Positions 26,614 to 35,042 of a stretch of DNA of 43,214 nt are shown here, piece by piece. The position numbers and the translations under genes are program-made. The stretch covers positions 1 to 43,214 of the forward strand of contig MEWW01000017.1 in NCBI GenBank assembly GCA_001775475.1, given 5' to 3'. This DNA is from Candidatus Adlerbacteria bacterium RIFCSPHIGHO2_12_FULL_53_18 (lineage in GTDB: Bacteria; Patescibacteriota; Minisyncoccia; Phycocordibacterales; SBAW01). The notes under the pieces are model-generated. The model was not told where the DNA came from. It ran no database searches and saw only the letters and a list, made by a program, of their open reading frames with translations. How positions within the stretch are numbered: the first letter of the stretch is position 1; every line of letters starts with the position of its first letter.

Positions 26614-27726
26614 TCAGTGACCTTTATCCCACGAGTGGAGCTTGTCCCGAAGGATCCACTCCTTCCAGATGGAATACAGGTATACGCCGAAGCTTACATA
26701 CTGCGTCACTAGAGTGGCGGGCAAGCTTGCCAGGGCCGTCGAGAACATGCCAAGCCGATATGCCCGCCACAGCGCCGGCACTCCCATGGTGATCATCTGG
26801 AGTGCCATCATCCATCCAATCGCCGAGACAACCCCGTAGCCTGCCCACAAGAGCATCACAGGCAGCATCATGGGGCCGATCAGAAACCACACGACATACA
26901 CGTAGATGAGCAGCTGGAGACGCCAGCTGCCGAACTTGTAGAACTTACGCACGGCGATGTTCTGCAGGAATCCGCGATACCACCGCGAAAGCTGCTTCAC
27001 ATAGATGCCGAAGGTCGGTGGGTCTACCGGGTAGCACTTGGCTTCAGGGGCAAAATACACGTGATACCCCTTGCCGGTTGCTTCCCAGGTTAAGTCCAGG
27101 TCCTCCGCCATTGTCCGTTCGTTGAAGTGGCCGAACTCCTCGAGCGTTTCCTTGGTACGGAAAACGCTGAAGCAGCCGGAGGCGACAAGCACCATCCGGT
27201 TGTGGTTCTGCGCCGGCTTGATAATCGTGAGGCCGTAGAGATATTCGATAAACCGGCCGCGTTCCCACAGTGTTTGTATCTTCTGCGGGACAACAAAGCC
27301 CGAGACAATGAGCGTTTTCGGATCGTTGAAGTAGCGGATGGTCTTCTCGACTGCATCGGGCGCCACAATCGTGTCTGCATCCACCGTGACGAACAAGTCC
27401 GTCTTGACGAATGCTAGAGCAAGATTTTGCGCCTGCGCCTTGGTGCCGCGGTTCTTCGGCGTGCGATACACCGCGGCGCCGAGCGACCGGGCGATGTCGC
27501 CCGTGCGGTCGGTAGAGCAGTCGTCGACGACGATGATTTCGTCGAGACGGTAGGTCTGCGCCTGGAGGCTTCTGATCGTTGAAGCGATCGAAACTTCTTC
27601 GTTGTAGGCCGGGATTATTGCTGTAATAGACAATCGCCCGCTACTCGGGCGATTGAAGGCCACTTCTTTCGGTGATAGCCCGAGGAACCAGCGCCCCCCG
27701 TCTATCAGGTGTTCTCTCAGCGCCAT
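26614..27726 (-). CDS. Processive GT2 glycosyltransferase (PgaC/IcaA-like)
   Basis: IPAYNEE, VDDCSTD, DADT, AEDLDL and QLSRW (QxxRW) motifs; C-terminal TM helices. Confidence 0.9.
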   Translation of the reverse strand: MALREHLIDGGRWFLGLSPKEVAFNRPSSGRLSITAIIPAYNEEVSIASTIRSLQAQTYRLDEIIVVDDCSTDRTGDIARSLGAAVYRTPKNRGTKAQAQNLALAFVKTDLFVTVDADTIVAPDAVEKTIRYFNDPKTLIVSGFVVPQKIQTLWERGRFIEYLYGLTIIKPAQNHNRMVLVASGCFSVFRTKETLEEFGHFNERTMAEDLDLTWEATGKGYHVYFAPEAKCYPVDPPTFGIYVKQLSRWYRGFLQNIAVRKFYKFGSWRLQLLIYVYVVWFLIGPMMLPVMLLWAGYGVVSAIGWMMALQMITMGVPALWRAYRLGMFSTALASLPATLVTQYVSFGVYLYSIWKEWILRDKLHSWDKGH

Positions 27727-27845
27727 CTCTTTGGCCTTTCTTGCGGTTGGATTGACAAAAAGGAGAATAATTACAATGTCCAAGTCTCTCGCAATTTTAA
27801 CCTATAAAACATGTTTTGTAAATGAAGCTGATTTTGCCTATTTTA

Positions 27846-27881
27846 ATATTGACGCTCTTCATGAAGAAATCCCGAATATTT
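27846..27881. repeat. 36-bp direct repeat, right copy
   Basis: ATATTGACGCTCTTCATGAAGAAATCCCGAATATTT. Confidence 0.9.
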
Positions 27882-27945
27882 TGTGCACATTTTGTCCACG
27901 CGTTACCCACGGGTTGTACACAGCTTACCAACAGGTTTACCCACA
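27881..27945 (+). promoter_or_regulatory. Array of six DnaA-box-like 9-mers at 11-bp spacing
   Basis: TTGTGCACA, TTGTCCACG, TTACCCACG, TTGTACACA, TTACCAACA, TTACCCACA starting at 27881, 27892, 27903, 27914, 27925 and 27937. Confidence 0.6.
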
Positions 27946-27964
27946 AAAGGTGCTAAAGTGGAAA

Positions 27965-28240
27965 TAAGGAAACCAGCGCGTGTGCTAGCGTTCACAGACG
28001 TGTTTTGTATTTCGAACGAAATATAAGGCGCGGGTTCTGCTCGTTCGTACATATTACTCATGGTGCAACCGAGACTCTTTAATGCATCGCGCGCGGGACT
28101 CTCAACGAGAGCTGCTTTTGCTTCTTGCCTAAAAAGCGAGTAACAAGAGCAGCTCTTTTTGTTTGAGATCTGCGAGGTTGGTCGGTCAGCGACACTAAAG
28201 AGCAGGGCTTCACTGAAAACACCTTCAGGTAAATTTCAGG
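27965..28240 (+). ncRNA. Candidate structured 5' leader / cis-regulatory RNA of the sipW operon
   Basis: Extended -10 TGCTAAAGT (27951), several G-U-containing stems, embedded terminator-like hairpin 28108-28164. Confidence 0.55.
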
Positions 28241-28309
28241 GGGCTTAACGGCACAATGATAGAGGTTTATCCATTAGTAGCTTATTAACTAGCAAATTAT
28301 TAAAAAAAT

Positions 28310-30016
28310 ATGAAACGACTTTTAGTTAGCGCAGGTACGCTGATCTTCATCGGCGCAGTTGCAATCAGCGCAACAGGCGCATTCTTTAGCGACACTGAAA
28401 CGTCGACAGGGAACACGTTTGCAGCAGGAGAGCTCGATCTCACGATTGACAACACCAGCTACGGGTTTGATTGGAACGATCCGTTAGCTACAAACCCGAC
28501 AGGTGTATGGGGACTTAACGCAGCCAACTCATGGCAACTCGCAGACCTCACGAACCAGCTATTCTTTAGCTTCGATGACCTTAAACCGGGAGATTACGGT
28601 GAGGACACCATCTCGCTCCATGTGCAAAACAACGCATGGGCATGTATGGCTCTTGATCTCACTGGAACACCAGAAAATGGTGTCAACGAGCCGGAAGCCG
28701 ACTTCCCAGACCTTACTGTCGGTGCTGACGAGGGTGAGCTCCAGAATTACCTCTCGTTCCTCTTCTGGAACGACGACGGCGACAATGTTCTTGAGACTGG
28801 AGAGACGGTAATTCCGGAATTAAGTGGCCTTCCGGGCTCTGCCTTTACTGGCAACTGGCTCGCGATTGCAGACCAAGGCGACACGCCACTTCAAGCTGGC
28901 ACGACGACGTGGATTGGCAAGGGTTGGTGCTTTGGCACGATGACCCCAAATCCAGTTGTGCAAGACAATGCATCCTCAAGTCCTCCTGTGGCGCCGGATC
29001 GCATCGGCTTTACCTGCAACGGTGCAGGCGACCACAACATCGCACAGACCGACGGTATCGTTGTAGACGTCCACTTCTACGCAGAGCAGTCAAGAAATAA
29101 TCCAAACTTCTTGTGCTCACAACTCCCTCCGCCTGATGGTCGCCAAGTCGTTGGTGCAGCAGCTGCAACATATGACGATCCTGCAATCTGTAATGTAACA
29201 GTTGACCTCGGCGAATCGCTCCAAGCTGCTATTGATGTGGCTGCTCCGGGAGACACAATTTGTGTTGATCCGACATATACAGGTGTGGGTGACGTTGCAA
29301 GTGTGATTGAAGTTAATGAACTTAATCTAACCATTGCAGGTCTTGGCGCAGCGGGCGCCGCAACGGTCAGCAAGGGTCTTCACATTGACGCAAATGGTGT
29401 AACGATCAAAGGCTTGACACTCAACGCGCACCCTCTCATCGAGGCTAGCGAACAAGCGGCGATCTACATTAATTCTGCGATCACAGGTACTACTATCACT
29501 CATAACCTGATTGATGGTCCTCCAGGCGCTATCGCGGCCAATGCTAAGGGCATCATCACGGAGATCGGGAACGATGGAACAGCAGGTGCTTCTGGCATCC
29601 TGGTTGCCCACAACCTGATTCGTGGCTGGAATCAGGGCATCTTCTTCAACACAGCAAACGCTGAAGTTAGATTCAACGACATCTATGCAAACACAGTGGG
29701 TGTTGCAAATGATGGCCCGCACAACACAACAATTCACCACAACGACTTCGACGGTAACACTGCCGAGGCCGTTGGTGTAGCTCCTTCCGCCAATAACGGA
29801 ACAGCTAACAATGGTGACTTGGATGTAAATACAAACAACTTCACTCCGGCGGGAGCAGGGAATAATGTAAATCATTATCTTGCTTCAGTTGTAGGAGGTG
29901 CAGATGTAAATGCTACGAATAACTTCTGGGATAGTGAAGTCGAAGCAGATAGGACAAATGTTCCTGCTGAGGTAGATACTTCATCTCCTGCAGCAGTAGC
30001 GTTCCCTGAAAACTAG
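28310..30016 (+). CDS. TasA/CalY-like SipW-processed protein with C-terminal parallel beta-helix
   Basis: TGAFFSDTETSTGNTFAAG SipW-class N-terminus, LKPGD core motif, then SLQAAIDVAAPGDTI and Asn-ladder beta-helix repeats. Confidence 0.85.
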   Translation: MKRLLVSAGTLIFIGAVAISATGAFFSDTETSTGNTFAAGELDLTIDNTSYGFDWNDPLATNPTGVWGLNAANSWQLADLTNQLFFSFDDLKPGDYGEDTISLHVQNNAWACMALDLTGTPENGVNEPEADFPDLTVGADEGELQNYLSFLFWNDDGDNVLETGETVIPELSGLPGSAFTGNWLAIADQGDTPLQAGTTTWIGKGWCFGTMTPNPVVQDNASSSPPVAPDRIGFTCNGAGDHNIAQTDGIVVDVHFYAEQSRNNPNFLCSQLPPPDGRQVVGAAAATYDDPAICNVTVDLGESLQAAIDVAAPGDTICVDPTYTGVGDVASVIEVNELNLTIAGLGAAGAATVSKGLHIDANGVTIKGLTLNAHPLIEASEQAAIYINSAITGTTITHNLIDGPPGAIAANAKGIITEIGNDGTAGASGILVAHNLIRGWNQGIFFNTANAEVRFNDIYANTVGVANDGPHNTTIHHNDFDGNTAEAVGVAPSANNGTANNGDLDVNTNNFTPAGAGNNVNHYLASVVGGADVNATNNFWDSEVEADRTNVPAEVDTSSPAAVAFPEN

Positions 30017-30022
30017 TCCTCT

Positions 30023-30064
30023 CTAGCCGAATCCAGCACTAACACTTAGTGCTGGGCGGGCTAG
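30023..30064 (+). other. Intercistronic stem-loop after the first TasA-like gene
   Basis: CTAGCC..CCAGCACTAA-CAC-TTAGTGCTGG..GGCTAG with no U-tract. Confidence 0.55.
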
Positions 30065-30118
30065 GTGGGATTTATTCCTAGCGTCGTTGGATTAATTAAT
30101 AGTTTTTACTAACTCAGT

Positions 30119-31618
30119 ATGAAAAGGATACTCTTGGGCACAGTTACGATAGTAGGGGCACTTGCAGCAATGTATATCGGGGTGACGGGCGCGTTTTTTA
30201 GCGACACAGAGACAAGTACCGGCAACACCTTTGCCGCCGGCGCGATTGACCTCTTGGTTGATAACGAGTCGTACTACAACGGCAATGTATGCGCCGAGAC
30301 GGCTCCTGACAGCGGCATTTGGCAATGGCAAGGCAATGCATTGTTTCCTGTCCCCGGCACCGAGTGCGACACGAGCTGGGAACTCGACAACTTAACCGGA
30401 CACCTCTTCTTTAACTTTACCGACATCAAGCCTGATGATGAAGGCGAAGACACTATCTCCCTGCACGTAAACACCAACGACGCTTATATGTGTATGAACA
30501 TTGCTCTCACAGAGAATGATGACAATAACACAACCGAGCCCGAGGGCTTGGTAGACCCAACCGCCAACCCCGACACCGAATGGGATGGCGAGCTCGCGCA
30601 GACTCTACAAATGGTCTGGTGGGCTGACGACAGCGACAATGTGCTGGAGCACGGCGAGACAATACTTACGGGCGACGGAACCGTTGTCGGCGGTGTTGAA
30701 ACCTTGTTTAACCTCGCCTCAACCAGCGGGCCGTTTGTGGTGGCGCTGGCAGACTCTGAAAACAATGTATGGGACCCACAGAATCCGGGTCCAGTACCGG
30801 GTGAAGAAACTCGCTACATCGGCAAGGCATGGTGCTTTGGCACACTGACTATCAGCCCTGTTCCATTTGACACTGGAGTGAGTCCTGCAGTTGACCCAGG
30901 GGTGTTATGCGACGGAACATTGCTTGGCAACGAAACCCAGACCGACAGCGCTCTGCTCGACGTGACGTTTGACGCAGTGCAGGCGCGCAACAATCCGGAT
31001 TTTGTGTGTCTCGAAGATGAGTGCACCTTCAACGAGCAGGTAGACCTGCTTGTTGCAACCGCTAAGTTTGAGAATCCGGAGGTAACTACCGCTCAAAACT
31101 GGGACGTCTTCGGCTCGCCGGTAGACGGCTGGAACGTTGATTGGCGCGGCGATATACCAGCAACCTTTGGCCCGCAAAATCGTCCGGCAGTCGCCAACCT
31201 TGAGTACCACGAAGGTGTCCTTGGTGCGGCGTTTGAGGGCGACCAGTATGCTGAGCTCGACTCCGACTGGGGAGGCCCTTCAGACGCGGGCACTGGTGAA
31301 CCGGCTTCTGTAAGTATCTATCGCAACTTTGTAACGGTGCCGGGTGCGCAGTACTTGCTCAAGTATCACTTCTCGCCACGTCCTAACACTCCAGCAGCAG
31401 ATAACAATCTTGAAGCAAAAGTAGAAGGTGTTGCACTTAACACCACGGGCCCAACTGCGGGCGGTGGAGCAATTGCATGGAGTGAAATTGTGGTCCCATT
31501 TATCGCTGGTGATGCAAGCACTGAAATCCGCTTTACCGACCTTGGTACCGCAAACTCGCTCGGTACATTCCTCGACAATGTTCGCTTGTACCAGATCAGC
31601 TGTCCGGTGGTGCAATAG
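30119..31618 (+). CDS. TasA/CalY-like SipW-processed protein with C-terminal DUF642/galactose-binding-like domain
   Basis: Same TGAFFSDTETSTGNTFAAG N-terminus, IKPDD core, C-terminal FE.P...EGDQYAELD...GTFLDNV jelly-roll pattern. Confidence 0.83.
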   Translation: MKRILLGTVTIVGALAAMYIGVTGAFFSDTETSTGNTFAAGAIDLLVDNESYYNGNVCAETAPDSGIWQWQGNALFPVPGTECDTSWELDNLTGHLFFNFTDIKPDDEGEDTISLHVNTNDAYMCMNIALTENDDNNTTEPEGLVDPTANPDTEWDGELAQTLQMVWWADDSDNVLEHGETILTGDGTVVGGVETLFNLASTSGPFVVALADSENNVWDPQNPGPVPGEETRYIGKAWCFGTLTISPVPFDTGVSPAVDPGVLCDGTLLGNETQTDSALLDVTFDAVQARNNPDFVCLEDECTFNEQVDLLVATAKFENPEVTTAQNWDVFGSPVDGWNVDWRGDIPATFGPQNRPAVANLEYHEGVLGAAFEGDQYAELDSDWGGPSDAGTGEPASVSIYRNFVTVPGAQYLLKYHFSPRPNTPAADNNLEAKVEGVALNTTGPTAGGGAIAWSEIVVPFIAGDASTEIRFTDLGTANSLGTFLDNVRLYQISCPVVQ

Positions 31619-31650
31619 TTCTACCCGCTAATGTTCTCTCAACAATCTGA

Positions 31651-32667
31651 ATGAGAGCCGCAACCCACAAATCTTTGGTGGCGAGAGCACTCCTTGTAGC
31701 AGGGGTACTCTCGCTTGCATCCGGATTGTTTGTAGTGCGTGCGCAGGAGCCAGAGAGCACCTATGCCCGCTCGTACAGCTATCACAGTTTTGACCTTACC
31801 GTAGACAGTGAGGCCTCTTACAACGGGGTGCCGTGGCCTGATGGCACGTGGGACTTAAAAGACCTAAAGCCGTGGAAGGACAAGTTTTGGAACTTTGGCG
31901 ACATCAAGCCGGGCGACAAGGGGGAGAACACGATTAGCCTCCATGTAAACAAAGACGCCTGGGTGTGTCTCGAGTTCTTAAACTTAAAGGAGCAGGAGAA
32001 CGGCGAAAACGAACCGGAGTCTTTAGACGACAACAGTGCGCCCAGCGAAGGCGAGCTAGCCGACCAGATGGAGTTTTTTGCCTGGCACGACGACGGCGAC
32101 AACATTTTTCAAGTAGGGGAGATACCGATTTTTGGCACGACGACCCAGGCCGCCACGCAAGTGTTAAACAACAAGGTGTACCCTATAGCCGACTACACAC
32201 ATGGCCCGGCAATCCCCAAAAACCAGACCAAGTACTTCGGTGTGTATTGGTGCGCGGGCAACCTCACGGTTGACGTTGCAACGGCTTTTCTAGCCTGCGA
32301 CGGCTCTGCCATGAACAACGACTCGCAGACCGACAGCATGTCGGTGGATGTGCAGCTGGTTGCCGTGCCCAAAAATGACAAGCCGAAGTTTACCTGCGAC
32401 AAAATCGTAGTGCCGCCGCCGGGCGAGCAGTGCGAGGTGGGCAAGGTGGAAATAAAGGTGGAGAACAACGCCGTAATCATCAACAACACATCCTCAAACA
32501 GCAACACTGGAGACAACTCGGCGGGCCCGGGCGGCACGGTAACTACCGGCAATGCGAGTTCAAATTCAAATACGATCAACGTGGTTAACACGACCATAAT
32601 CCAAAACGGGGGCACCAGCACTTCGAGCATCATCAACATCCTGCAAAATATGATCAGACGGCGATAA
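31651..32667 (+). CDS. TasA-like core protein lacking the SipW N-terminal motif, Asn/Thr-rich tail
   Basis: Shares DIKPGD.GE.TISLHV, EPE, GEL, W.DDGDN, WC.G and QTD with the two upstream paralogues, but has an ordinary VRA signal peptide. Confidence 0.78.
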   Translation: MRAATHKSLVARALLVAGVLSLASGLFVVRAQEPESTYARSYSYHSFDLTVDSEASYNGVPWPDGTWDLKDLKPWKDKFWNFGDIKPGDKGENTISLHVNKDAWVCLEFLNLKEQENGENEPESLDDNSAPSEGELADQMEFFAWHDDGDNIFQVGEIPIFGTTTQAATQVLNNKVYPIADYTHGPAIPKNQTKYFGVYWCAGNLTVDVATAFLACDGSAMNNDSQTDSMSVDVQLVAVPKNDKPKFTCDKIVVPPPGEQCEVGKVEIKVENNAVIINNTSSNSNTGDNSAGPGGTVTTGNASSNSNTINVVNTTIIQNGGTSTSSIINILQNMIRRR

Positions 32668-32669
32668 GT

Positions 32670-33263
32670 ATGAAAACCCTCGGCAAAATAATCTACGGAC
32701 TTTTTGTGACAGCGCTGGTTGGCGTTGCGGCACTGCTCTTGGTCTCGCTTATGCCGATAACGGGCAACCTCGAACTCAAGATTGTAAAATCCGGCTCAAT
32801 GGAGCCCTCGATACCAACCGGCTCTATCGTGGTGGTGATGCCGCGCGCGAGCTACCAGGTGGGGGATGTGGTGACCTTCGGTAAGGACACCCCCCGCGAA
32901 ATACCGACCACGCACCGCGTTATTGCCAAGCGGGTTGAAAACGGGCAGACGGTCTTTACGACCAAGGGCGATGCCAACGAAGAGCAAGACCCGCGCGACA
33001 TCGCGCTCCGCGAGGTTATCGGCGGCGTACTCTTCCACGTGCCGTACCTGGGCTATGTGCTCGACTTTGCCCGGCAACCACTCGGCTTTGCGCTCTTAAT
33101 CGGGCTGCCAGCGACCATGATTGTCGTTGACGAGGCACTTAATATCGCTAGGGAGGTGGCGGCATTGCGCCGTCGGCGACATCAAGGTTCGACCTTGATG
33201 AATATGCCGGTGCCGCAGAAACCCCGAGTATTTTCTGAAAGAACGCGCATACCAACGCTATGA
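32670..33263 (+). CDS. sipW: SipW-type (ER-type) signal peptidase I
   Basis: SGSMEP, THRV and TKGDAN motifs (Ser-His type); adjacent to cognate substrates. Confidence 0.9.
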   Translation: MKTLGKIIYGLFVTALVGVAALLLVSLMPITGNLELKIVKSGSMEPSIPTGSIVVVMPRASYQVGDVVTFGKDTPREIPTTHRVIAKRVENGQTVFTTKGDANEEQDPRDIALREVIGGVLFHVPYLGYVLDFARQPLGFALLIGLPATMIVVDEALNIAREVAALRRRRHQGSTLMNMPVPQKPRVFSERTRIPTL

Positions 33264-34336
33264 TTTTTTATCGGCGACATACGCATATCATCCCCACGCT
33301 GATGCTCTGCGCGGCGGCGCTGCTCCCGGCACAGCCCCTTATCACCAACAGCGCCTACGGCGACACGGAGACCTCGGTGGGGAATATCTTTCAAGCTGGA
33401 GTGTGGGGCGGCATTAGTACCGAGCCGGATCCTTTTGACATAGTGCTAAACGAGTTTTTGCCGAACCCAGACAGCACTGCTAATGGCCTAAATTTTGGAG
33501 ACGACAACGACAGCAACCCGCTTGGCGAGTGGGTTGAGCTCTACAACAAAGGCGATGTCGCTCAAGATCTTGCCGGCTGGTATCTGGAGGATGCTTCTGG
33601 CGGCGGCGGTAACACTCAGGCGGTTATCTCGGGCAGTAACACCGACACGGGCGGGACTATCATTGCTGTGCACGGATGGCTCGTAGTTTTTATGAATAAG
33701 ACTACGCTCAACAACACCGGCGACGAGATACATCTTTTCACCCCCACAGACGTAGAAGTAGATTCTGTCGTCTATGATGATCCAAGTAATGCGTGCGAGC
33801 TGCCTCCGACGCCCGGGGATGAAAATTCTACCTCTACACCAACGGGCACTCCGGATAACAGTCCTAACGCCGATTGTATTGCCAACCAAGTTGCACCAAA
33901 TAAATCATACGCACGTATCCCAGACGGCACTGGCGCATGGATTGACCCTATACCAACGCCGGGTGCACCGAATATCCTTGACGAAGAGTCTGCAGAGGCA
34001 CTGGGGCAAAGTGGGGGAGGAGCAGAGGCTGCAGCAGCAGAACCCGAACTTGAAGTCGAGGTCAGCAATGAACCACTCGAGATCACGGAGCCCGCATCAT
34101 CGACGCCGAGCAATGAGCCAGAATTTGAAGTCGAGGTAAGCGACGAACCGCTCGAAGTGGTGGAGCCAACGCCGGAGCCAGCACCGACAGAGGACCCCGC
34201 GCCGGAAGAAACAGTAGAGGAGGAACCAACTCCTGAATCTGAGCCTGACCCAGAGCCCGAACCGGAGCCGGAACCTGAAGTAGAAGAAGCGCCGGCCGAG
34301 GTTGCCCCCGAACCGGCGCCAGCTTCAGAAGAATAA
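33260..34336 (+). CDS. SipW-motif protein with lamin-tail domain and Pro/Glu-rich tail
   Basis: AYGDTETSVGNIFQAG, IVLNEF...EWVELYN...LAGWYLED...LNNTGDEI...PTPG, acidic EP repeats. Confidence 0.8.
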   Translation: MIFYRRHTHIIPTLMLCAAALLPAQPLITNSAYGDTETSVGNIFQAGVWGGISTEPDPFDIVLNEFLPNPDSTANGLNFGDDNDSNPLGEWVELYNKGDVAQDLAGWYLEDASGGGGNTQAVISGSNTDTGGTIIAVHGWLVVFMNKTTLNNTGDEIHLFTPTDVEVDSVVYDDPSNACELPPTPGDENSTSTPTGTPDNSPNADCIANQVAPNKSYARIPDGTGAWIDPIPTPGAPNILDEESAEALGQSGGGAEAAAAEPELEVEVSNEPLEITEPASSTPSNEPEFEVEVSDEPLEVVEPTPEPAPTEDPAPEETVEEEPTPESEPDPEPEPEPEPEVEEAPAEVAPEPAPASEE

Positions 34337-34337
34337 T

Positions 34338-34982
34338 TTAATTGACCTCAACCGAGCCCGTGGCCTCTACGTTTGCGTCAACGTTTGCCTTAAGCGGTCG
34401 GCCCCACTCGTCGGTCTCTCTGCCATCGGACGTGCCTTCCGGTAGGGGGTCTTCAACGAGTGTTGAAGCCGCGATGTTTGCCGCCGCGGCAAGCGTGCCG
34501 GTGACCTTGAGCATTAAGAAGTCGAGTGCGCCCTGCTCGCCTTCGCCCGTGGTGCTTGTGTGTGCCTCAGCCTGGGCGTAGGCAAGGCTCTCCGCCTGGT
34601 TTGCGAGCGCCTGCCCGACCTTTATCGCCACTTCCTTGGCTTCGTCGAGGCGATTTTCTTCTTTGAGCATCGTGAGATACTCGTCGATGCCTTTGAGCTG
34701 GGTATTAAAGTTTGCAAGTACTACTGTTTGTGCCTCGGTGTCAAACTGTCCCTTGAGAGACGCCTCCGAAGCCTCACGCAGGCGGCGCTCTGCGGCGGCT
34801 ATCTGCCAATCCACTTTTGAGCGGCCGCCTCCGGCAAAGGCCGCGGACACCTTTTCATTTACCCCAAGTTTAACGCCATACAACATGCTGCCCGGCAGAG
34901 CACTACCTGCTGCTGCAACCGTTCCGCCTGTTAGAAATAACACCGCACAAAGCCCAACGATGATCTTGGTCATACGTGACAT
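34338..34982 (-). CDS. DUF5667-like exported protein
   Basis: ALPGSMLYGVKLGVNEKV...AERRLREA helical motif after a signal anchor. Confidence 0.75.
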   Translation of the reverse strand: MSRMTKIIVGLCAVLFLTGGTVAAAGSALPGSMLYGVKLGVNEKVSAAFAGGGRSKVDWQIAAAERRLREASEASLKGQFDTEAQTVVLANFNTQLKGIDEYLTMLKEENRLDEAKEVAIKVGQALANQAESLAYAQAEAHTSTTGEGEQGALDFLMLKVTGTLAAAANIAASTLVEDPLPEGTSDGRETDEWGRPLKANVDANVEATGSVEVN

Positions 34983-35042
34983 AAGACGCCTAGTATAACA
35001 TTTTCTTACTATTCGTTCTATGCTATCGTAGCTCTATCAGCT

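Noticed and set aside
19471-27881. Integron or CRISPR interpretation of the repeats
   Set aside because: No integrase or cas gene, no attC-type RYYYAAC/GTTRRRY ends seen, and no regular repeat-spacer array.
27881-27945. Replication origin
   Set aside because: The boxes are all degenerate, there is no dnaA/dnaN in the window, and no clear unwinding element; cannot be excluded without GC skew.
28212-28240. Glycine-riboswitch-like CTTCAGG/TTTCAGG words in the leader
   Set aside because: The GGAGA and CCGAAG elements are missing; the segment folds as a simple hairpin.
34040-34170. Duplicated EPE.EVEVS.EPLE peptide
   Set aside because: An ordinary internal repeat in a low-complexity stalk.
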